Source of the DNA: Octopus sinensis
Lineage: Eukaryota
Reading direction: 5' to 3'
DNA length: 6,732 bases
NCBI RefSeq assembly: GCF_006345805.1
Contig: NW_021829293.1
Span: 1-6,732, forward strand
The first letter of the stretch is position 1; every line of letters starts with the position of its first letter. A program made the position numbers and the translations under genes. The notes under the pieces were generated by a model. It had not been told where the DNA came from and did not search any database. It saw only the letters and a program-made list of their open reading frames with translations. Shown here in pieces: positions 1 to 6,732 of this stretch.

Positions 1-100
1 CACACACACACACACACGCACGCACATAGACACACACACACACACACACACACTCACGCACAAACAGAGGTGAGAGAAAGTCAGACAAACAGACAGACAG
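1..100. repeat. (CA)n microsatellite followed by a short (GACA)n run
   Basis: Interrupted CA dinucleotide run at 1-62 and GACA tetramers at ~83-99, read directly. Confidence 0.95.
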
Positions 101-260
101 GAATGAAGAAAGAAAAAGAGAAGAAAATAGAGATTTAACTTGATCAAAAGAGACGGAAATCAAAGTAGGCAAAATGAAAGACTAAAGGTTGCGAGTTCAA
201 ATCAGTAGCAAGTCTCTCTCTGCTGTTTTTTTTTATTCCATAGTAATTTAGTTGTCCTAC

Positions 261-445
261 TTCACCAGATTATCAAGGGAAGTTAACCAAGATAGTCTAG
301 CATCCTTTCCAGGAAGATAACGTAATTTATACTTGCTGATACTAGAGGAAGGAACAAAGCCCTTAATCTTTGTAGACCCTACCCCCACCAACAACGGTAT
401 GCTTGATGTCATTAATGGTATGTTTAAATCGTTGAGGGTCAATAT
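261..445 (-). CDS. Probable internal coding exon (185 nt, phase 0 to phase 2) of an unidentified eukaryotic gene: ILTLNDLNIPLMTSSIPLLVGVGSTKIKGFVPSSSISKYKLRYLPGKDARLSWLTSLDNLV(K/N)
   Basis: Minus-strand acceptor tttctttcttacctgcAG (AG at 447-446), then 61 stop-free codons of ordinary protein-like composition, then donor AA|GTAGGA (GT at 260-259) that pre-empts the TAG at 259-257. The other two minus-strand frames contain stops. Non-repetitive sequence between repeats. Confidence 0.6.
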
Positions 446-598
446 CTGCAGGTAAGAAAGAAACAGCTAGCAGGGAGATTCCAGAGAGATTATGTCCTGA
501 TCGAGGATAGACTGGAGATACTTTATTTTATATTTAGTATGATGTGTGTATAAATAATATTTATGGGAGTGTATGAATGTATGTATTTGTGTATGTGT

Positions 599-905
599 GA
601 GGGCGCGTGGTCCAGTGGTTATAGAGTGGCAACGCGATCGCGAGACCGTGGTTTCATTCTCGGACGCGGGCGGTGCGCTATGCTCTTGATCAAAGTATAT
701 TATCTCACGCTGCTCTGCGACCACTTCTACACCTGACGTAAAGCAGTACACCGTGCACCTATGCCGGGTCACATCAATTCGATGGAAGGAGAGAGAGAGA
801 GAGAGATTAATGTACAACGCATGCACTTGATCGCCATGAATAAACCCTTTGTGGAGGTTGTTCAACAAGAAATTGCAACACCGTCTATCCTGAACTACAA
901 GAAAC
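599..905 (+). mobile_element. tRNA-derived SINE, near full length and diverged, with CORE-like central segment
   Basis: GC/CpG-rich island starting GGGCGCGTGG. Pol III A-box-like TGGTCCAGTGG (608-618) and degenerate B-box GGTTTCATTCTC (650-661). TGCTCTTGATCAAAG (681-695) resembles the TGTCCTTGRGCAAG motif of CORE-type SINEs. Internal (GA)n at ~788-806. Similarity to octopus SINEs is from memory; 3' boundary approximate. Confidence 0.75.
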
Positions 906-920
906 CACCATTATATGCAT

Positions 921-1104
921 ATGTGTTCGTATTTGTCCCCCACCATCGTTTGACCGCCGTTGCTGGTTCGTTTACATCCCCATAACTTAGCGGTTTGACA
1001 AAATATTCGGCTTAATTTGCACTAGGGTCGCCTCGTTCGACTAAGCCTCTCAGTGGGTGCCTCAGCAAACCCAGCAAGGCCACAGTCCAATTACTGAAAC
1101 TAGT
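921..1104 (+). mobile_element. 3' portion of a second SINE family (diverged fragment)
   Basis: Motifs TTTGTCCCCCACCATCG, TTTACATCCCCATAACTTAGCGGTT, GGGTCG...TTCGACTAA and CCAGCAAGGCCACAGTCCAATTACTGAAAC occur in the order I recall for the 3' half of an abundant octopus SINE. Ends at a (TA)n run. Family identity not verified. Confidence 0.6.
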
Positions 1105-1161
1105 TATATATATATGATTAACTGATAGTAGGAGATGGATTTCTTATTAGACTTTTATTAG

Positions 1162-1206
1162 GTACGACATATGTTTCGACCTATCAGTCCGGGTCTCTTC
1201 AGGTAC
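1162..1206 (-). ncRNA. Minimal type I hammerhead ribozyme (Penelope-like element / retrozyme type)
   Basis: Minus strand reads GUAC-CUGAAGA-GACC-cggacugaua-GGUC-GAAA-C-auau-G-UC-GUAC. Stem I GUAC/GUAC (1206-1203/1165-1162), core CUGANGA (1202-1196), stem II GACC/GGUC, GAAA (1177-1174), palindromic stem III ACAUAUGU, and a GUC cleavage triplet (cut between 1166 and 1165). AAUAAA follows at 1159-1154. Confidence 0.88.
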
Positions 1207-1429
1207 ATTGATAAAGAAGACTCACAAGATATTTTTTGTGTCGGTTGGCTTGTTGTTATATGCCCATCCAGTTCGAGAATGATTAAAAGTAAAAAATATT
1301 GTAGAAACGCAAAAAAAAAAAAATCAAATATGAACGCGAAAAACATCCGTTCCGGTTTAGATAAAATGACGTAATATTTATAAGCGCACGTTTACACTTT
1401 AACTTCTTAGAAGCTCAAACTATGGTTCT

Positions 1430-1516
1430 GAAGCGATGTATTGCCAGAATTATTAGAATGTTGGACAAAAGTCATTGAGATATTTATTCTAACTCTTTAC
1501 GCTCTGGATTTATCTG
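1430..1516 (+). mobile_element. Highly degenerate SINE 5' head fragment
   Basis: GCCAGAATTATTAG...GGACAAAA...TATTT...CTCTTTACGCTCTGGATT resembles the head of a tRNA-derived octopus SINE as I recall it (GGCAGAATCGTTAG...GGACAAAA...CTTTACGTTCTGAGTTC). Pol III boxes are decayed. Confidence 0.4.
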
Positions 1517-1624
1517 CGATAACAATGCGCCCAGGCTGTATCGTTTCTTGTCTACCCTCCCTATACCCTAGAGAGGGGAGATCTATCGTACGAATAGCAG
1601 TTAATATTCAACAAAATTATAGGC

Positions 1625-1955
1625 CACCTCTCCACCCTTGTCAACATTCGTTAATATTTCTACCCTTCAACTCTACCCAATCTGTACAGTCATCACCTAC
1701 TCTCCCCTGCCTTTCCTTCGTACATTCATCATGAACCGGTCCTCAATCCTTGCTTTAATGTTTTCCGCTTTCGTTCATTCCCCATCTCCAACCATCCTTC
1801 ACTCTCAACATACACTATCAGAGCCTCTACTATTATCTGATCTATGTCAACTCACCTTTATCCACCTTCTTGTACCTTTAATGGCCATCCTGAAACTTGA
1901 TCTTCACTATTTTAGCTCTCTTTTAAGCACCACCGGCTTATTCCCACCTACACTT
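1625..1955. repeat. Pyrimidine-rich (C/T on plus strand) low-complexity tract, possibly an old repeat remnant
   Basis: Strong G depletion on the plus strand over ~330 bp. No recognisable protein in the supplied ORFs. Confidence 0.45.
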
Positions 1956-2351
1956 CTATGTAGATATAAATATACATTTTCGTTGTAGATAAGATTGTGC
2001 ATTGTACACACCAATTTTAGATTAAAAGAAAATTACAAACTGATTGAACTGACAAGAACCGAACCCATTATCTCTATATAACACACTAGTTTTATACGTT
2101 CTGGGTTTGGAAACTAGGTATAAACATCGATATGTCTTTACACAACGCTTACCGCGAAAGCGCAGTTGTCTGGCTCGGTTGTGCCTGTTACATAACCTAG
2201 TGAAATGCCTAACTCACTAAACATAACAAGGCATTCTAATTTGATCCGATGTATAGGTGAATGAAGATCTACGACCTATACCCTCTTAAGATTATAAATG
2301 AATTATGAGGTAACGGCTTAGATTCAAAAATAAACTTCGCAACAGTAAACA

Positions 2352-2361
2352 ATATACATAT

Positions 2362-2413
<52 letters not shown>

Positions 2414-2471
2414 GCATACACATATACATACAATCACACATTATACGCATTTTCACACATGAATGTGTGTG

Positions 2472-2528
<57 letters not shown>

Positions 2529-2812
2529 CACACATATATTCCCACATACTCATATTTGTATAGATATTAACATATATGAAAATATGCATGTTGTGGTTGT
2601 ATGTATACTTGCATGTAGGAGTGTGTGTGTATGTGTGTAGATGTGTGTGCGCGTGTTTGTGCATGTATTATGTATATGCATTGTGTGTATATGTATGTGT
2701 GTGCGTGTGTGTGTTTGTGTTTGTGTTTGTATGTGTGTGTGTGAGAGTGCGTGTGTGCTTGTGTGTGTGCTTTTGTTTGTGTATGTGTGTGTGTGTGTGT
2801 GTGTACACATGT
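2352..2812. repeat. Compound (CA)n/(TA)n/(TG)n microsatellite block
   Basis: Pure TA runs at ~2379-2410 and ~2477-2526, CA at ~2362-2378, degenerate TG at ~2590-2803. Confidence 0.95.
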
Positions 2813-2894
2813 TTGTAAAAGCTCAGCTGCCATTGTAACACACTCTGGATATCTGTAGTTATGTTGTAACACCAACACCAGCTAACAGTTCTAA

Positions 2895-2987
2895 CAGCGG
2901 TAGTAGCAGTGGTGGCGGTAACATCGGTAGCAGCAGTGGTAGCGGTGGCAGCAGGGGGCGATGGCAGCAGCAGCAGCAGCAGCTGCA
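2895..2987. repeat. Degenerate trinucleotide repeat (GCA/GTA/GTG/GCG)n ending in pure (GCA)n
   Basis: Read directly; pure GCA run at ~2964-2982. Confidence 0.85.
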
Positions 2988-3232
2988 ATTACGCTAATTA
3001 TCTCTCCAATAAAAATTACTGTAATAAAATATAAACTGCGGTACGTTGAACAAGATGGATGGATGGAAGCCCCAACCATCCACTTCTAACATAACAGACT
3101 CAGATGTTTGCTAATTTACAGAGATGTGTCAGTATTCTATTAATGCATAAATACGCTTCCATACATTATTTTCGTTAGTCTTGCTGCTTAAATAATTTGT
3201 AATATTTTAAAGTAAATAAATACATTGCAGGC

Positions 3233-3313
3233 ATGTATATATGTATGATAGACAGATACATAGAGGATTGGATGGATGGATGGATGGATGGATAGTTATA
3301 TACATACATATAA

Positions 3314-3372
<59 letters not shown>

Positions 3373-3418
3373 TATAGCATTTATATATATATATATATTA
3401 TATATATATAGATAGATA
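3233..3418. repeat. (GGAT)n plus (TA)n compound microsatellite
   Basis: GGAT tetramers at ~3269-3293 and TA run at ~3315-3410. Confidence 0.95.
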
Positions 3419-3574
3419 TGGTCGGAGCAATCTCAAGATTAATCAGCCGAAATTGCGAAGATGATCCGGTTCTTGACTGATGACTGAGGGCCTCGAATGT
3501 CCCGTCCTGTGGTTCTTGTGTCGTCTTCTAGGTGTTTCACGTTCTTGTCCCAGTTCGTATATATTTTTTACTTT

Positions 3575-3575
<1 letters not shown>
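3419..3575 (+). mobile_element. ~155-bp GC-richer island inside a (TA)n tract, probably a short interspersed element carrying a hammerhead-like motif
   Basis: Complex sequence bounded on both sides by long (TA)n runs. Contains hammerhead core nucleotides and a T-rich 3' part. Confidence 0.5.
3427..3487 (+). ncRNA. Candidate hammerhead ribozyme with non-circularly permuted (pseudoknotted) strand order
   Basis: GCAA-UC-UCAAGA (3427-3438), UCAG-cc-GAAA-UUGC (3443-3456), UCUUGA-CUGAUGA-CUGA (3471-3487). Stem I is 6 bp and stem III is 5 bp, both in exact register around C3432 (AUC triplet). Stem II is 4 bp but offset by a CC bulge. Confidence 0.55.
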
Positions 3576-3577
<2 letters not shown>

Positions 3578-3618
<41 letters not shown>

Positions 3619-3683
3619 CATTGGATAAATATAGTTATAATAAATACACACACACATACACACGCATATTTATATGTACTTAA

Positions 3684-3723
<40 letters not shown>
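3578..3723. repeat. (TA)n and (CA)n microsatellites
   Basis: TA at ~3578-3617, CA at ~3646-3663 and ~3689-3723. Confidence 0.95.
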
Positions 3724-3726
<3 letters not shown>

Positions 3727-4149
3727 TGAGTGAATAAATGAAAGAAAATAGTGTTCAACATATTTATTTTGATAAGTGTTGCATATATTTTTAGTAACAA
3801 TTTGACTTAGCTACACATTACTGTAAGTCTTGTGTGTGTACAATTCGTCCACCTCATCAGATGGAGAAGCGAAGAATCTTTGAAGGAAACTCAGTCTTTT
3901 CTAGGAGTTTATGCATGTACGTATATTATATATGTGTACGCATGTAAACCTTTCTTCTGACAATCGCCGATATCTTCTGAATTAATGGTTTAAAACTCTC
4001 TTATATATTTCCCAATCTCCATATAACTAATTTTCGTTAAAAATAGCGAAGATTGAAACTACATGTGTAGTTGGATATAAATCAAAGATTTCTGAACAAC
4101 AAATAACTACTGGATGTCGTAATATACAAATAAGAAAAATCATGTAAAC

Positions 4150-4240
4150 CGATGAACAACATGTCACTGTTAAAAAGATGACTGTTAAACATGAACAACT
4201 AACTGCTAAACGTGGACAGATAACTGTTAAATATAGTAGA
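4150..4240. repeat. 21-bp minisatellite, left arm (consensus ~TAACTGTTAAACRTGRACAAA)
   Basis: Units start at ~4179, 4200 and 4221, with a partial unit at ~4165. The array is interrupted at 4241. Confidence 0.85.
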
Positions 4241-4623
4241 CTAGCAGTATCGCCCGGCGTTGCTCAGGTTTGTAAGGGAAATAACTATAAAGCATTTTTA
4301 GAGAGTTATAGCCAAAAAATAGCAAAAAAATGGAAAAAAATGATGGTAAATTTTTTTGAGAGTTAAAAAAGGTGGAGTTGCGTCCCCTAGACAGTTTGTG
4401 GGTTGTGTTTCTGATTCTCGACCCCATGTCGAATTTATCGATTTTTTTCAGAACTGGGGGAACTTTTCAAAATTTTCGCTGCGTTAGTTTTGAATTATGA
4501 CATTGGGCTATGTGTGTATCAAGTTTCATCAGAATCGGTTGAAAGCCGTGGTCAGGGTGAGGGTACAAGCAAACAGACACACAGAAACACGCACAGACAA
4601 ACTGCCGTTTATATAGAGAGAGA
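4241..4623 (-). mobile_element. Non-autonomous Helitron (rolling-circle transposon), 383 bp
   Basis: On the minus strand: 5' TC terminus (4623-4622, TCTCTCTCTATATAAAC), 3' CTAG terminus (4244-4241) followed by host T, and a GC-rich subterminal hairpin CCTGAGC-AAC-GCCGGG (4268-4253) 12 nt from the end. (TCTG/TG)-type simple repeat near the 5' end. No target-site duplication required. Removal restores the flanking tandem array. Confidence 0.85.
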
Positions 4624-4970
4624 AAACTTTTAAACACAAGAAAATAACCGCTAAACATAAATAACTTTTAAACGTGGAAAATGGCTGTCAGATATGAAGA
4701 TGTAACAGTTGAACGTGGATAAATAACTGTTAAAAGTCCAAAAATAACTGTTAACCATTGACAAATAACTGTTGAACAGGAAAAGATAACTTTTAAACAT
4801 TAGCAAATAACTGTTAAACGTGGATGAATTACATGAACAAAATATTACTTTTCAAACAAAAATAACTGTTAAAAACAAGTAACTGTTGTAATATGAAAAA
4901 CTAACTGTTAAACATTGCCAGATAACTGTTTAACTGAAACATCTTACTAAGAAAGATGAACAGTTAAATA
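4624..4970. repeat. 21-bp minisatellite, right arm (~15 degenerate units)
   Basis: TAACTGTTAA-like cores at 4624, 4645, 4662, 4682, 4703, 4724, 4745, 4766, 4787, 4808, 4863, 4880, 4902 and 4923, with exact 21-bp spacing from 4682 to 4808. Confidence 0.9.
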
Positions 4971-4974
4971 CGTT

Positions 4975-5790
4975 AAAATGAAAAACGAGGAATGAATTTC
5001 CACATAAAATACATGAACGAGATACTTTGAACGAATTGAAGAAGGAAATACGATTGGGTTTTAAAGGAAAAATCTGAATAAATAAGTGAACATATAGAAT
5101 GAAATGAAATGATATATTTGAAAGATGAAAAACGAATTTTGATAAATATATAAGTATAAAGAAGAATTGAAAAAGTTTTTATCGTTAAAGAAACACGTAG
5201 TCCCCCGACCTGCTAGAAAGAGCAGCAAAACTCCCTCAAAGCACATTCTTGTTTGTTAAATAATGGAAGAATACATTAGATTGTACAATTTAATTAAGAT
5301 AACGAACATGAGAATAGTGTTTTAAAAGGGAAAAATAAATAAAGCTAAATGAAAAAAGAACAGGAATTGATGAATGGCTGAATAAACGAATTAATAGAAT
5401 GAAGGTATAAAGGGAGAGAGGAAGGAAAGAATAAAAAGAAGACAGGAAAGAAGAAGGGACGAATTTAACTGATGAGAGTGAAAGAATTAGTTTTGCGAAC
5501 AAATGTAAGAACGAATGGACAGATAGATAATGTAAAACAAAAAGCATGTTGCAAAATAAGAACAAATGAGTATCAAAGCAGACGATACAAGATTTTTCAC
5601 TTGAATAATATGAAATAAATAAATAAATATTTGTGTTTTAAATATTAAAAATGAAGGAACTAATAGAATGAATTAATTAAAGAATTTTCAAATGGAAACA
5701 AAAAGAAAAAAGATATTGTAAGAAGAAGTTATTGGGGAAGGAGGAAAAATAAAACAAAGTTAAATTTAATAAAAAAAATACATGAATGAG
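4975..5790. repeat. A/G-rich low-complexity tract (decayed GAAT/AAAT/GAAA simple repeats)
   Basis: Strong purine skew on the plus strand with recurrent GAAT, AAAT and GAAA tetramers. Confidence 0.65.
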
Positions 5791-5988
5791 TTATATTTTT
5801 GTATATATGTGTGTCTCTGTATTGTATTTTTTTTTTCTTTCGTCACAGAGATGTGAAATGCATCAGCTAACTGGATGATTGAGTTTTAAAAGATGAACAA
5901 TGCAATAAATAAATAAAGATAGAAGCGAGATATAATTAAAGAACTTTAAAAAAAACCACAAAGCAGACGACAGAATTTTTACAATCAA

Positions 5989-6016
5989 TATTTATTTATT
6001 TATTTAGTTATTTATT
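5989..6016. repeat. (TATT)n microsatellite
   Basis: Read directly. Confidence 0.85.
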
Positions 6017-6344
6017 CTCCCTTCCTTTCATCCTCCCACCTCGCTTTTTAAAAAGAAAACCTAAGTGAATTTTAGCGCCAGTTTCCCCATAAAAATTTGA
6101 TTGAATTTCAAATGAAGGCAATGGGTATGTTTGATCAACTGTTTAATATTCAATTTAATGAGGTCCTTCATTTGAATGAAGTTGTTAAACAGATAGAATA
6201 TAGGATGTAAGACCATGTGTATGGATGTGAAAGAATGCGTGTTTTTTTATGTGTTTCAACATGGCAGAAGCGGTCGAAAACATGGCAGCAGGTGAGAACG
6301 AGATAATAGTTACATTTGGTTTCAGGGCGAATTTTAATACGTAT

Positions 6345-6558
6345 AAATAAATAATATACGTGCATACATACACATATACAGACAGACAGATATGCATGCA
6401 TATATATACGAAACTACACACATACATAAATACATTTATACTCACATTAATACATGAATATATATACATACACACCTATATTTTTTGTACATATGTGTGT
6501 GTATGTGTGTATGAAAATATAAGTACACACATGCATGAATAAATGTGTGTAAACTATA

Positions 6559-6589
<31 letters not shown>

Positions 6590-6695
6590 CATACATATAG
6601 ATAATGGTGGTGGTGGTGGTGGTGGTGGTGATGATGATGATGTTGAGGTGGAAGAGGAGGAGGAGGAAAATAATGACAATAATAATAATAAAGAT
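6345..6695. repeat. Degenerate (CA/TA/TG)n block followed by compound trinucleotide run (GGT)n(GAT)n(GAG)n(AAT)n
   Basis: Dinucleotide mix at 6345-6599 and trinucleotide series at ~6601-6695. Confidence 0.9.
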
Positions 6696-6732
6696 GAACA
6701 GCTTTCGAACAGTTGGACCATGCATGCCTCTA

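Noticed and set aside
186-203. Isolated Pol III B-box-like AAGGTTGCGAGTTCAAATC
   Set aside because: No convincing A-box, cloverleaf or SINE body nearby. At most a tiny SINE relic.
601-672. Possible tRNA gene
   Set aside because: Degenerate B-box, no complete cloverleaf, and it continues into a SINE body.
467-985. ORFs 467-868 (-) and 761-985 (+)
   Set aside because: They run through a SINE and simple repeats and show no protein-like features.
1441-1988. ORFs 1441-1734 and 1638-1988
   Set aside because: L/S/P/F-rich products explained by the pyrimidine skew. No domain or splice support seen.
2434-3800. Many HT/CV/YI-rich and poly-A/L ORFs
   Set aside because: Translations of di- and trinucleotide microsatellites.
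3841-3866. Minus-strand CUGAUGA-ggugga-CGAAU, hammerhead-like
   Set aside because: No viable stem II, GAAU instead of GAAA, and no stem I partner found. Possibly a decayed relic, but unsupported.
4522-4536. Minus-strand CUGAUGA inside the Helitron
   Set aside because: No stem II or GAAA arrangement. It is part of the element's internal sequence.
4150-4970. CRISPR array, iterons, or a coding ITVKHEQ heptad repeat
   Set aside because: The unit is only 21 bp with related, non-unique spacers, the context is eukaryotic, and indels and stops break the frame.
5196-5245. GC-richer patch CGACCTGCTAGAAAGAGCAGCAAAACTCCCTCAAA, possibly a repeat fragment
   Set aside because: Too short to classify without a repeat library.
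5465-5492. Plus-strand CUGAUGA-gagu-GAAA, hammerhead-like
   Set aside because: No stem II and stem I out of register. A chance match in a purine-rich tract.
5061-6725. F/L/S-rich and CV/YI-rich minus-strand ORFs
   Set aside because: Products of low-complexity A-rich and microsatellite sequence.

Overview
This is AT-rich, microsatellite-dense eukaryotic DNA, mostly intronic or intergenic. The SINE-like repeats resemble those I recall from octopus genomes (inference, not a database result). The only credible coding piece is a 185-nt internal exon on the minus strand (445-261); the other ORFs in the track come from simple repeats or transposon fragments. The rest comprises tRNA-derived SINE copies or fragments (599-905, 921-1104, ~1430-1516), a 383-bp non-autonomous Helitron (4241-4623, minus) inserted into a 21-bp minisatellite, and many simple repeats. 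The most notable signals are RNA motifs. One is a canonical minimal type I hammerhead ribozyme of the Penelope/retrozyme kind (1162-1206, minus). The other is a hammerhead-like motif (3427-3487, plus) whose three strands lie in a non-circularly permuted, pseudoknotted order inside a ~155-bp island embedded in (TA)n.
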